A stretch of DNA of 64,000 nucleotides from Promethearchaeota archaeon (lineage in GTDB: Archaea; Asgardarchaeota; Lokiarchaeia; Sigyniarchaeales; SOKP01), in the NCBI GenBank assembly GCA_016840085.1, contig JAEOTA010000019.1, forward strand, positions 9,366 to 73,365. Direction: 5' to 3'. Every line of letters starts with the position of its first letter. Positions within the stretch are counted from its first letter, which is position 1. Made by a program: the position numbers and the translations under genes. Of this stretch, positions 20,588 through 31,012 are shown piece after piece. The notes below the pieces were generated by a model that made no database searches, was not told where the DNA came from, and was given only the letters and a program-made list of their open reading frames with translations.

Positions 20588-21445
20588 TCAATCTTTCCTT
20601 AGGAGTTTTACTTTATTTTGTGCTTCTGTTGCACCGTCAAAATCACCCACTTTTTTGAGAACTATACTGAGGTCATCCCAGGTTTCATCATCCTCTGGGT
20701 CAAGTTCAAGTACTTTTCTAAAGGCCTCTATCGCCCCCTTATAATCTTCCTTCTTCTCAAGAGCCACTGCAAGATTATACCATGCAAGTTCTATATCTGA
20801 ATCGAGCTCAAGAACTTTAATATAAGATTTAATCTCCTCCTCAATATTACCAGTTAGTCCAAGCGTTAATCCACGGTTACACCATGCTTTTTCATCATTA
20901 GGATCAATCTCTAATGCTTTCTCAAAGGCTTTCAGCGCTTTTTCAAAATCATCCACCTGTATCTGAACAACTCCAAGATTAAGCAAAGCTTGAGCATCGC
21001 TTGGATTAATTTCTAGAGCTTTTTTGTAGGCTATAATTGCACTCTCATAATCTTCCATCCTCCCAAAAGCTACCCCCAGATCAAACCAAATATCAGCATC
21101 TTCTGAATCAAGCTCTAATGCCTTCTTATATGCATCAATCGCGTCATTAAAATTGTCTATCTCTTCAAATACTACTCCAAGATTAACCCACACTTCCACA
21201 TTTTTCGGATCAAGTTCCAGAGCTTTTTTATAAGCCTTAATTTCAGCTTGAGTATCTCCATTCTGACCATGTGCTACCCCTAGATTAATCCAAGCTGTCT
21301 CATCTCTGGGATTGAGCTTTAATCCATTATTGAAAGCTTCAATAGATCCAGTTAAATCTCCCTTTTCTCCAAGTTTCACCCCAAGATCAAACCATTCTTC
21401 AGAATCCTCGGGATCTTCCACTCTCACTCTGTCTTGGCCTTTCAT
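20588..21445 (-). CDS. Tetratricopeptide repeat protein (7-8 TPRs)
   Basis: Repeated W.NLG....A...Y.KALELDP every 34 aa. Confidence 0.93.
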   Translation of the reverse strand: MKGQDRVRVEDPEDSEEWFDLGVKLGEKGDLTGSIEAFNNGLKLNPRDETAWINLGVAHGQNGDTQAEIKAYKKALELDPKNVEVWVNLGVVFEEIDNFNDAIDAYKKALELDSEDADIWFDLGVAFGRMEDYESAIIAYKKALEINPSDAQALLNLGVVQIQVDDFEKALKAFEKALEIDPNDEKAWCNRGLTLGLTGNIEEEIKSYIKVLELDSDIELAWYNLAVALEKKEDYKGAIEAFRKVLELDPEDDETWDDLSIVLKKVGDFDGATEAQNKVKLLRKD

Positions 21446-21632
21446 TGCTGTCCCTCATTACGATGTTATCAAGGAAAAAATGATAGTTATCATAATTTTT
21501 CCACTAAATGAAAGAGATAATTTCGTTTTATAATATGTATTAAATTCTTTCCTTTAAGAAATTACATAATTTTTAAAACTTTTTCAAGATTCTTAGACTT
21601 AATTGAACAATATTAAATGTAGAGAAAAAGTA

Positions 21633-23372
21633 ATGACATTTTTATTAAATCCTAAAAAACACGATCGCTATTATCCCGATAATCGTTCAAGAGAAATAAT
21701 GCTTAAAACTATTGAATTTTTCGAAAAGAAGGGCAAAGCAAAACTCAAAGAAGATGACCAAAAACGGGTGTGGTATTCCGATTTCCTCGAGTTTCAAAAG
21801 AAAAATAAGCTTTTTGCACAGTTATTAACGCCTGCTCCATATGGTGAAGATGAAAATTATCGGTGGGATACGTGGCGTATTTGTGAATTTAACGAGATTC
21901 TTGCGTTTTATGGTCTCGCTTATTGGTATACCTGGCAAGTCTCCATTCTAGGGCTTGGTCCCATCTGGATGAGCAAGAATGAAAAGGTAAAGCAGAAAGC
22001 AGCTCAACTACTTAGAGAAGGAGCAATTTTTGCATTTGGGCTCTCAGAAAAAGCTCATGGTGCAGATATCTATGGAACTGAGATGGCCCTTACACCAAAA
22101 GAAGATGGGACTTACCGAGCTAATGGAGAAAAGTATTATATTGGAAATGGAAACGAAGCTGAGATGGTTTCGAATTTTGGTAAATTTACCGATAAGGATG
22201 GAAACCTTCCTCCCTATGATATGAAAAATAAAGATCAATATGTCTTTTTTGCTGCAAATTATAAGCACAAAAATTATGAATTAATAAAAAATGTATGCGA
22301 TAGTCAAAATTATGTCGCAAATTTTGCGCTCCACGATTATCCCATAACTGAAGACGATATTCTTTCTAAGGGAGAGGATGCATGGAATGCATCGCTTAAT
22401 ACTGTCAATGTGGGTAAATATAATTTAGGGTGGGCTTCAATTGGAATTTGTACCCATGCATTTTATGAAGCTATTCATCATGCTGCCCATCGTAGACTCT
22501 ATAATATGTATGTTACTGATTTTCAACATGTTAAACAGAATTTCGTAGATGCTTATACACGTTTGGTTGCTATGAAATTATTTGGATTACGAACAGCAGA
22601 TTATATGCGAATAGCTTCAAATAAAGATCGGCGGTACTTGCTCTATGCCCCCGTTATGAAAATGAAAACAACAACTCAAGGTGAAGAAGTAATCAATCTT
22701 CTATGGGATGTAATAGCAGCAAAAGGGTTTGAAAAAGATATGTATTTCGAAAGTGCTGCAAGAGATATTCGCGCATTACCAAAACTCGAAGGCACCGTGC
22801 ATGTTAACATTGCCTTAATTTTGAAATTTATGCTAAATTTCTTCATGAATCATAAAAAATATGAAGATGTGCCACGACAAGATCAAATTAAGGATGATAA
22901 ATATCTTTTCAATCAAGGTCCAACTCGAGGATTAGGACTTGTTCGTCTGCATGATTGGAAACCTGCATTCGAGAAATTTAATTTGCCTAATGTTAAAATT
23001 TTCTTGGAACAAATTGAATTGTTTCATCAACTTGGAACAAAAGCAACTCCCAGCGCTAAGCAACAACAAGATATGGATTTTATGCTCTCTGGTATTGGTG
23101 AGATATTTGCCTTAATTGTGTATGCGCATCTTATCATTGAAACTGCACCCATCTACAGCATTGATGATGATACGTTAGATCAGATTTTTGATTTTCTCAT
23201 AAGAGATTGTTCCAAATACGCTTTAAATCTCTATCATAAATCAGGCATTAGGCCTGAACAAATGGAATTGTGCTTAAAAATGATAAAAAAGCCACATGTT
23301 GATAAAGAGAGATTTAACCGAGTTTGGAACATCGTACACTCTTTAAAAGATGCATATCAAATGAATGATTAA
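21633..23372 (+). CDS. Acyl-CoA dehydrogenase
   Basis: AFGLSEKAHGAD, GEKYYIGN, LEGTVHVN; ATG 21633 preferred over TTG 21603. Confidence 0.92.
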   Translation: MTFLLNPKKHDRYYPDNRSREIMLKTIEFFEKKGKAKLKEDDQKRVWYSDFLEFQKKNKLFAQLLTPAPYGEDENYRWDTWRICEFNEILAFYGLAYWYTWQVSILGLGPIWMSKNEKVKQKAAQLLREGAIFAFGLSEKAHGADIYGTEMALTPKEDGTYRANGEKYYIGNGNEAEMVSNFGKFTDKDGNLPPYDMKNKDQYVFFAANYKHKNYELIKNVCDSQNYVANFALHDYPITEDDILSKGEDAWNASLNTVNVGKYNLGWASIGICTHAFYEAIHHAAHRRLYNMYVTDFQHVKQNFVDAYTRLVAMKLFGLRTADYMRIASNKDRRYLLYAPVMKMKTTTQGEEVINLLWDVIAAKGFEKDMYFESAARDIRALPKLEGTVHVNIALILKFMLNFFMNHKKYEDVPRQDQIKDDKYLFNQGPTRGLGLVRLHDWKPAFEKFNLPNVKIFLEQIELFHQLGTKATPSAKQQQDMDFMLSGIGEIFALIVYAHLIIETAPIYSIDDDTLDQIFDFLIRDCSKYALNLYHKSGIRPEQMELCLKMIKKPHVDKERFNRVWNIVHSLKDAYQMND

Positions 23373-23550
23373 TGGCGTTCAATTTTTTTGATTATAAGAA
23401 ACTATTCAACTTTATTTAATAATCATTGGTGAGGTTATTTGAATGGAATAAATTATTTGAATGGAATAATTTATGTATTAAAAACCAATAGTACCTTATT
23501 ACTTGAATCTTAGTTATTTTTATGTTAATAATCTCTTGTATTTATTTATA

Positions 23551-24111
23551 CTAAGCTTCTGTTGTTTCTTTTTGGATTTTTTCGGATGATTCATTTTTCA
23601 AATTAATCTCTTTAATATATTTCGCATAATTTTGATTGAAAAATTCAAATATAAGTCTCTTTTTATCCGTACCTAATTTTATTTTTAAAAATTTATCTAA
23701 TCTAATCTTATGCTTAATTTTTGATTTATACTTTAAGTAAGGAATTATTATTGCTATAACAAACAAACTAATACTAAAAAAAATAGAATAAGTTAAGAAA
23801 TATATAGATAAAGCTAAAATTAATCCAATTATTGATGAAATCAAAAGTATTTTAACTATTTTGCTAGAAATATCCCTTCCTTTTAAGATAGCCTTTTGGC
23901 ATTCATTACAAATTGGTAAATTAAAATAGTAATCTTCTTTATAATCTTTGCTTGATTCAAAAGAATCAAAAATAATCTTTTTATACTCACTTTCTGTGTC
24001 AGTGCCACAAATAATACAAATTTTTGGAAAGTAAATTTTATCAATATTTTGAAATTTAACAATATTGTTTTCTAATCTTTGATCTTTTTTTATTATATTT
24101 TCTATTGGCAT
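23551..24111 (-). CDS. Membrane protein with Cys pairs (CIIC...CNEC) and two TM helices
   Basis: FPKICIICG, LPICNEC, hydrophobic hairpin; ATG directly follows the stop codon of the caspase gene. Confidence 0.7.
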   Translation of the reverse strand: MPIENIIKKDQRLENNIVKFQNIDKIYFPKICIICGTDTESEYKKIIFDSFESSKDYKEDYYFNLPICNECQKAILKGRDISSKIVKILLISSIIGLILALSIYFLTYSIFFSISLFVIAIIIPYLKYKSKIKHKIRLDKFLKIKLGTDKKRLIFEFFNQNYAKYIKEINLKNESSEKIQKETTEA

Positions 24112-26442
24112 CTATAATAAACCTCCACAATAATAACAATATTTAGCCGTTTTCTTATTTAACTTTCCACAAGAATTACATTTTCTATATGCAGTTAGAT
24201 TATCTTGTGAATCCAGTCTTGAAGCACCCTTAAAACGATTTAATGAGTCAATAAGAAAACTTTTTATTTGACTATTCATTGGTTCTGGAACTCCTAGCAT
24301 TAAAGCACTCACCAATAAATCGATTGATTTTTTATAATCACTTTGGGTAATAGCTTCAAAAGCTATTTTAGCAATTCTAAGTGCTTTTTGCCCCTCTAGT
24401 GAATTTATTGGTTTAGGAGGGGGCATGTTATATAAAATCAAATCTCTAATTTTATTGAGATCTAATTGATTTAAAGGTATACGTGGTTTAGTATAAGGAG
24501 AATAACTAGATTCATATCTATATGGAGAAATACTAGGTTTTTCTCTGAATTTTTTCTCTATTTTAAGTATATTATAGGTATTTTGATCTCTATCGATAAG
24601 AAATTTTCCGCTCCTTAGTTTTTCATCTTTACTGCGTTTTTTCTTAATAATTTGTGAATAAACAACATAAGAACTCAAAACTGCAAGTAATACAAATCCA
24701 GTAATGTTTAGAAAAATTGTTGTTAAAGAAATTCTTGGATCTAAAGGATCAGCACCCCATGCTACTTCAAGGCCATCTGAATACCCATCTCCATCTGTAT
24801 CTGGATTTAAGGGATCTGTGTGATATTTATTTACTTCTAATCCGTCTTTTAAACCATCATTGTCTGTGTCAGGATCAAGTGGATCTGTCTCCCCATAAAA
24901 CTCATAATAATCGGTTAATCCATCTAAATCAGTATCTTCTGTTAATGGGTTTAACCCGTATAATATTTCAACAACATCTTCTATCAAATCATCGTCTAAA
25001 TCATCTGTAACAGAATTATTTAAACTAATTAACCTGTTTCCTTGGATTTTAGCAAAAATTCCATACCCTGTAAATCCAGATACACCCTCTAATTGTATTG
25101 TACCTGAATATGAGCCAAAACCAGTATTAGTAGGAGAACTCAATATCAGATCTTTAATTTCATATTTTACATCTTGAGTAATGTTATAAACAACTATCTT
25201 CAATTCTTCAATCAAACCTGTTCCAAAAAGATCAAACGAGTAGGCAAATGAATTTCCAGTTGGAATTAAAGATAAAGAACCAAAAGTAGTATTTAGTACA
25301 GTTTCTCCGGAAATTCCATCATATTCTTGAGGATGCTGTACTAACCCTAAATCATTTGATCTTGTAACAGTGTTAGAATATATATAATTATAACATTCTT
25401 CAATAGATATTACTCCATCACCATTAGAATCCGTGGCATAATCATTTGATCTTAATAAGTAATATGTAAAACAACCATGTTGTCTATCTTCATCTTCTAG
25501 GCAAGACTCTTCTTCTAAACATGACATCATTATATATCTTCCTATACTTTGGACTTCTGGTATTATACCCCCACTATTACAAGAATCACACACCACATAC
25601 TTTTCAGCGCAATCAAAAGCATCTAATTTCGAATCGAGCAATGAATCGATAAAATAATTTTCTGGAGATGAAGGGATTGAATCATAAGAGTTCAAAAAAT
25701 GTATACCGTTATATGTTTCAACTTCATACATATCTATTTTAAAACCCCAATCTGTGTTTGAATTATCTGTAATCATTCGAATATATAATTTATGATCACT
25801 AAGAAGTGGAATCCAACCAGACCAAAGATTAGTATGATGTCCTGTATACTCTTCATAATACCAATCATTAAATAATTCAGTATCTCCTAAATATACATAA
25901 TCATAATCACTTTCAAGATCTATTCGACTAAAATGTACTCTCATATAAGCTGCTTCTGGGTGGTGAATACTCCATGTAATATCCCAATTGTTAGAATATG
26001 GATGAAGTGAAAAAACCGAACAACTATGATTGCCTGAATTTTCTGTATCAGCACCTCCATGTCCAGAATAGTAAAAGAAAAATAAATCATCATTATCTAT
26101 TTGAGTAGCAATTTGATCAAAAGCATCACTTATGGTATTTTTAGTAGCATCATCATCTTCGAGATAAATGATATTTTCTGGCTTAAAATTATAATCATTT
26201 ATCAACATGGAATATACCTCTAAAGCATCATCGTCGCAGTACGATAAATCATAATCAGACCCAGGATAATTAGATATTCCAACTATAATAGCAAAAGCAT
26301 CTTTTGATGTTAAAGGCACTGAGGTTTTAAGATCTGTATTTTCTAATTCCAAATTAGTGTTTTTAAAATTTTTAAAATTAGATTTAATGCAAAATCCTGA
26401 AAATAGATAACCTATTACACAGAATAACCACAAAAATATCAA
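24112..26442 (-). CDS. Membrane-anchored caspase-family (C14) protease with CUB-like insert, Asp-rich Ca-binding repeats and C-terminal zinc ribbon
   Basis: AIIVGISNYP, YSGHG, DSCNSGG, HGCFTYYL, QHPQ; CUB-like YSNNWDITWSI...VHFSRIDLESDYDYV; DTDxDGLxD repeats; TM; CNSC...CYYC. Confidence 0.82.
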   Translation of the reverse strand: MIFLWLFCVIGYLFSGFCIKSNFKNFKNTNLELENTDLKTSVPLTSKDAFAIIVGISNYPGSDYDLSYCDDDALEVYSMLINDYNFKPENIIYLEDDDATKNTISDAFDQIATQIDNDDLFFFYYSGHGGADTENSGNHSCSVFSLHPYSNNWDITWSIHHPEAAYMRVHFSRIDLESDYDYVYLGDTELFNDWYYEEYTGHHTNLWSGWIPLLSDHKLYIRMITDNSNTDWGFKIDMYEVETYNGIHFLNSYDSIPSSPENYFIDSLLDSKLDAFDCAEKYVVCDSCNSGGIIPEVQSIGRYIMMSCLEEESCLEDEDRQHGCFTYYLLRSNDYATDSNGDGVISIEECYNYIYSNTVTRSNDLGLVQHPQEYDGISGETVLNTTFGSLSLIPTGNSFAYSFDLFGTGLIEELKIVVYNITQDVKYEIKDLILSSPTNTGFGSYSGTIQLEGVSGFTGYGIFAKIQGNRLISLNNSVTDDLDDDLIEDVVEILYGLNPLTEDTDLDGLTDYYEFYGETDPLDPDTDNDGLKDGLEVNKYHTDPLNPDTDGDGYSDGLEVAWGADPLDPRISLTTIFLNITGFVLLAVLSSYVVYSQIIKKKRSKDEKLRSGKFLIDRDQNTYNILKIEKKFREKPSISPYRYESSYSPYTKPRIPLNQLDLNKIRDLILYNMPPPKPINSLEGQKALRIAKIAFEAITQSDYKKSIDLLVSALMLGVPEPMNSQIKSFLIDSLNRFKGASRLDSQDNLTAYRKCNSCGKLNKKTAKYCYYCGGLL

Positions 26443-26947
26443 TATTTTTTTACTTTTAATAATCGCTCCCCTTTATTTAACTGTTTTTGCAAACTAGATT
26501 TTTTAAATATAGTTGATTTTTGTTTAAATATAGTTTTTTGTCTTAAATTTCTTAATACTTTAAAGTATATAAAAATTAAGTTGAAATAAATTAATAATTA
26601 ATATTTATGTAAAAAGATTGGATAGGTATTTACATTAACTCCTAAAAGAATTGGGAAATACTATTTTAATCACACATTTAAATTGTAAAATTGATTCTTG
26701 GTTAATATGAGCATAGATCCAATCAAAAAAGGAAGAATGATTAATGGTATCTCTTATATACTTTTATCTTTTTTAACATTTTATCAAGTAAATCTGCTGG
26801 AAACCCATCTAAAGTTCTGTTTTTAAATTTCTCATAACAAGAACAACAAAATTTCAATTCAAACACTTCAATATTTTTATGCAAAAAATGATTCTTTCTT
26901 GATCTATTGTCAATACTTCTTCCGCAATTAATACAATAATCAAAAAA

Positions 26948-27035
26948 TTTTTCAAGATTCTTAGACTTAATTGAATATCAAATTTAGAAAAAAATTAACA
27001 ATAGTTTTATTAAATCTTCAGAAACACGATAGTTA
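26948..27035 (+). repeat. Decayed copy of the acyl-CoA dehydrogenase upstream/5' region
   Basis: tttttcaagattcttagacttaattgaa identical at 21580-21607 and 26948-26975; similarity continues to aaacacgat. Confidence 0.8.
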
Positions 27036-27038
27036 ATC

Positions 27039-27671
27039 TCAGATCTCACTTGTTGTTACATCCTCTTCCAACACATTTCTGATAACTTTTACAAAAACCT
27101 CATAGGGTTGAGCCCCAACCACAATCTTATCACCAATAAAGAATGTTGGTACTCCATTTATTCCATATTTACTTAATTCTAAGTTTATCTCCCTTAACTT
27201 TCTGCCTGGTTCGTCGCTTTCAATATAGCGAAATATTTCATTCTTATTTAATTCAATTGATTCTGCAAGATCCAATAATAAAGAGAGATCTCCAATATCT
27301 TTCCTCTCTTTCCAATAAGTATCAAATACTAACTGGTGAAACTCGTCGAATCTCCCTTTTTTTCTTGCAAATTCTGAGATATATAAAGCTAAACGAGAAT
27401 TGGGGAGCTTATCAGAAAACGTAAATTTGATTCCTGCATCATCTGCGAGTCTTTTTACATTTATTCTTACCATCTCTAGATATTCCCTAGGAAAGAGTAA
27501 TTTATCTAACATAATGCCTTCTCGTGGAGTTTCTGGGTGAATTTCAAACGGTTGCCACTCAACATCAAGATTAAACTGCTGTTTAAGCTTCTCTATACGA
27601 TCGAAGCCAATATAACAAAAAGGACAGATATAATCCGAATACACTGTTATTTTTACCTTTTTTTGCACCAT
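27039..27671 (-). CDS. DsbA/FrnE family oxidoreductase
   Basis: SDYICPFCYIG, FEIHP, GINGVPTF. Confidence 0.92.
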   Translation of the reverse strand: MVQKKVKITVYSDYICPFCYIGFDRIEKLKQQFNLDVEWQPFEIHPETPREGIMLDKLLFPREYLEMVRINVKRLADDAGIKFTFSDKLPNSRLALYISEFARKKGRFDEFHQLVFDTYWKERKDIGDLSLLLDLAESIELNKNEIFRYIESDEPGRKLREINLELSKYGINGVPTFFIGDKIVVGAQPYEVFVKVIRNVLEEDVTTSEI

Positions 27672-27935
27672 AATTCATCTTTGGAAGAGAAACCACGTTT
27701 TTAATTTTATTTGCATTGAAAAATAGGAAAAATGAAAGTCCTAATTATTATTATTAATTAAAAATTAATTAGCTCTAATTAATTATTGAGCATTTTTAAA
27801 TAATAGTTTTCAGACATCTATAAGGATCCTCCAAACCTTATTTGATATAAGTAAAAATAAATTAAAAAAGGAAACATGTTCTAATTTACTTCATAATAAT
27901 ACTATTATATTGCCATCAAAAATTAAAAAAGAGGT

Positions 27936-28784
27936 TTGATAAAGGTGGAAGTCATTATTGGTTTTTTAATGATACTTATGATCGGTTGTTTTAGTTTAAT
28001 TGGCATATTTATGATTTCACTTAGAGAAAATACGTTAGATAAAATATTATTTATTCTTGTGGCATTGGCTACAGGTACGATTCTTGCAACTGCTTTATTT
28101 GATCTAATTCCAGAATCACTCCACCATCTTGAAGAATTAAACACAGAAGGAGCAGGGATAGCTGAGAGTCTTCTATTTACGTTTGTTATTCTCGGATTTG
28201 TAATATTCTTTATTATTGAGCGGTTTATTTATTGGTTCCATGGACACGCTCATGAAAAAGATAATCAACTAGTTTGTTATGACAATCTCACCGAAGGCGT
28301 TGATCAAGTCGTAGAACGAGGTAATAAAATAAAAAACTTCGCTATCCTTAATTTAATTGGTGATGGTTTACACAACTTTTTAGATGGAATCATTATAATA
28401 GTTGCATTTTTAAGTGGATTTAGGAATGGTATAATTATAACACTTGCTGTTTTATTCCATGAATTGCCGCAAGAGATTGGTGATTTCGGGATTCTTATAT
28501 ATGGCGGCTTTTCTAAGAAAAAAGCACTTTTATTTAACTTTTCAAGCGCTATGGTTGCACTTTTGGGGGGATTATTAGCCTATTTCTTGTCAAATACCAT
28601 TGAATTATTCAATTTGTTTTTTTTGGCTTTTTCTGGTGGGGGGTTCTTATATCTCGCCAGTGCAGAACTCATGCCTGAACTAACAAAACAGAAAAACTTG
28701 AAGAAATCTATCATTCAAACTTTAATATTCTTATGTGGATTAATACTTATTATGTCTCTGGTGATTCTGTTACCACATGAATAG
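27936..28784 (+). CDS. ZIP family metal transporter
   Basis: HGHAH loop, GDGLHNFLDG, HELPQEIGDF. Confidence 0.95.
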   Translation: MIKVEVIIGFLMILMIGCFSLIGIFMISLRENTLDKILFILVALATGTILATALFDLIPESLHHLEELNTEGAGIAESLLFTFVILGFVIFFIIERFIYWFHGHAHEKDNQLVCYDNLTEGVDQVVERGNKIKNFAILNLIGDGLHNFLDGIIIIVAFLSGFRNGIIITLAVLFHELPQEIGDFGILIYGGFSKKKALLFNFSSAMVALLGGLLAYFLSNTIELFNLFFLAFSGGGFLYLASAELMPELTKQKNLKKSIIQTLIFLCGLILIMSLVILLPHE

Positions 28785-29050
28785 CTTCTGAATTGAGTTC
28801 AAGGTTTTAAATTTTATTATATCTTGTAATTCTGCGTGAACAATATAAGAAAATTCATTTAAGCTCTTCCTTTAACATATTTGCGAACTAATCTCAAAAT
28901 ATTGAAACTTTCAAATTCTATAATATCTTTTTTAAAAAAGACATTTGACAAAGAAGTAAGATTTAAATATATAGCAAATAATTTGAAGTTTACACTGAAA
29001 TCTAATAAAAAAAATTGAATAATGAAATCATATTGAGGTGGAAAATTAAA

Positions 29051-29365
29051 ATGTTATTTATTTCATATTGGGAGTTAAATCCGGATTTGGATCCAACAGA
29101 GATAGCTGAAGCAGCTCAAGAGCTTATGAGCAAAAAAATTTATCCCGCTGAAGGAATTAACGATATTGTATTTCATGTAAGTACATCAGACTATTGGGGG
29201 ATTAGTCTAACTGAAGCCGAGAGTGAGGAGGCAATGACTAGAAGTACTAATATGTGGAGAATTGCTCGACCTGGCATGATCAAATTTGTTAAAACCTCTC
29301 CAGCTATGGAAGTTGCGAAAGTCCTCCCGGTTTTAATGAAACTAAAAAAAGATGTAAAGGGTTAA
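29051..29365 (+). CDS. DUF3303-like small protein
   Basis: MLFISYWEL, WG...EAESEE, TSPAM; GAGGTG before ATG 29051. Confidence 0.6.
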   Translation: MLFISYWELNPDLDPTEIAEAAQELMSKKIYPAEGINDIVFHVSTSDYWGISLTEAESEEAMTRSTNMWRIARPGMIKFVKTSPAMEVAKVLPVLMKLKKDVKG

Positions 29366-29606
29366 TATTAAAGAGACCTCCTTTCTTTATTACGGTTCAA
29401 TAATAAATTAAAATATCAAAATCTTTATTTTTTTTAAATCATATTCTTATTTAGTCTTCCTTTAATTATTCTCTAAACATATAATAAGCCGAAACCTGTG
29501 TTGTAGGGATAATGATTCTCTTTGACTTTAAATTCAAAAATTTAAAATCTCCTTTCTTTAAAGCTTGATATGATAATAAAAGAATAACTGGGGGAAATTA
29601 TGGTGT

Positions 29607-30029
29607 TTATTTACCAAGATTTTCTTTAAGAAAATCAATAATTTCTATATTACCGATGCGAATATCTTCCTTAATTTCTGATCTTAAACTTTCTAAATCT
29701 GTTTTTGTTGCCATGTTTTGGAGCATTTTTCCTATTGTTTCTCTTATTATGATCATACTCTTTTCTATTTCTTCTCTATGATTCCTTGCATCTTCAAATC
29801 GTTTATCCATTGTTTCAAATCGTTTATCCATAGCCTCAAATCGTTTATCCATAGCCTCAAATCGTTTATCCATGGCTTCAAACCGTCTATTTGAATTTTC
29901 AATAATGCGTTCAATATCTTCTTTTGTGGCTACTACTCCAGATAAAGCTGTAATTATCGCACCCTTGATTTCATCATTTTCGCGAATCAACTTTGGTAAT
30001 AACTTCAGTAATTCGTTTTTGTCAATCAT
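29607..30029 (-). CDS. Coiled-coil protein with tandem FEAMDKR heptads
   Basis: ATKED motif followed by heptad repeats; ATG 30029 preferred. Confidence 0.75.
   Translation of the reverse strand: MIDKNELLKLLPKLIRENDEIKGAIITALSGVVATKEDIERIIENSNRRFEAMDKRFEAMDKRFEAMDKRFETMDKRFEDARNHREEIEKSMIIIRETIGKMLQNMATKTDLESLRSEIKEDIRIGNIEIIDFLKENLGK
29794..29886. repeat. 21-bp coding tandem repeat, 4 copies plus a partial
   Basis: tcaaatcgtttatccat(tgtt/agcc/agcc/ggct) units. Confidence 0.95.
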
Positions 30030-30275
30030 TTTTTGCGTTTTTCCACTTTCTTCTATGAATAAATATAACAATTTAAATTTTTAAACATGTTTATTTTGTT
30101 TGTCTATGTTTACGTAATCCTTCTTACTGTGTCTTTCCCGGTTGTTACACTTTAAATGAATCTAATAATTAATCTTTTTTAGTTCTTATATTTACTTTTT
30201 ACAAATTTTCAAGGTTCAAGAATATTTCAGATGAGCTTAATAATAAGATTAATACTTTTCTGCTCAATATTAGAG

Positions 30276-30410
30276 TAGCTTTTCTGATTGATTATCTCCT
30301 GCATTGTAATCTCAGGGTGATGATACTTCTGTGTTTTTAGCGTTCCTTTACCAAATTGTATAGATCTTTCATGACTAAAATTAATACATGCTAAACATTT
30401 TTGACACTCT
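30276..30410 (-). pseudogene. 3' fragment of an EFR1 flavodoxin-ferredoxin paralogue
   Basis: Colinear with 16997-17131; reads CQKCLACINFSHERSIQFGKGTLKTQKYHHP. Confidence 0.85.
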
Positions 30411-30478
30411 TTTTGCTATACTTAACTTCTGTCGGATTTATAGATAAATTTAAACTAAATTGTAGACTTTTAAATATT

Positions 30479-30919
30479 ATGAGTAAAAATCCAATAAAGC
30501 AACGAGACATCCTTAAGATTTATACTGATGGTGCTGCTCGAGGCAATCCTGGTCCTGCTGCCTGTGCGTTTCTATTCGTTCAGAATGATACTGTTATTCA
30601 TGAAGAATCTAATTATATTGGAACAGCGACCAACAACACCGCTGAATATCATGCAATTATCAATGCGCTAAAGGTTGCAGAGAAGTTTCACAGGGGGCAT
30701 CTCCAAGTGTATTCTGACAGTAATTTAGCAATCCAGCAAATTAATAACAAATGGAAAATCAATTACCTGCATTTGATGAAACTCTATAGCAAGGTCCACC
30801 AGCTCTGTGAGAATTATGAAAAGGTGGAATTTTTTCATGTGGGACGGAATAATCCCTATATCCAAAAATGCGATACACTATGTAATGAGCGATTAGATGC
30901 GAAAGATCTTAAAAAATAG
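30479..30919 (+). CDS. rnhA: Ribonuclease HI (archaeal type)
   Basis: YTDGAARGNPGPA, TNNTAEY, SDSNL, CD.LCN; ATG 30479. Confidence 0.92.
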   Translation: MSKNPIKQRDILKIYTDGAARGNPGPAACAFLFVQNDTVIHEESNYIGTATNNTAEYHAIINALKVAEKFHRGHLQVYSDSNLAIQQINNKWKINYLHLMKLYSKVHQLCENYEKVEFFHVGRNNPYIQKCDTLCNERLDAKDLKK

Positions 30920-31012
30920 GAATATCTCATCATGCATCTTGTTATAAAATTAAATATATTGAAAAATGATCACAAAAGAAAATAGAGTAGATTCCCTTCT
31001 TCTTTCCCTATC

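Noticed and set aside
26443-26470. ATT start for the caspase gene (ATT ATT AAA AGT AAA AAA ATA TTG after GGAGCG)
   Set aside because: It would give a better signal-peptide N-region, but an in-frame TTG is available and the spacing differs, so it was not counted as evidence.
29071-29082. 11-nt match (gagttaaatcc) to the putative TnpB guide region
   Set aside because: Too short for AT-rich DNA and does not begin at the inferred element boundary.
29794-29886. 21-bp repeats as a CRISPR array
   Set aside because: Head-to-tail with no spacers, in-frame coding heptads, and no cas genes.
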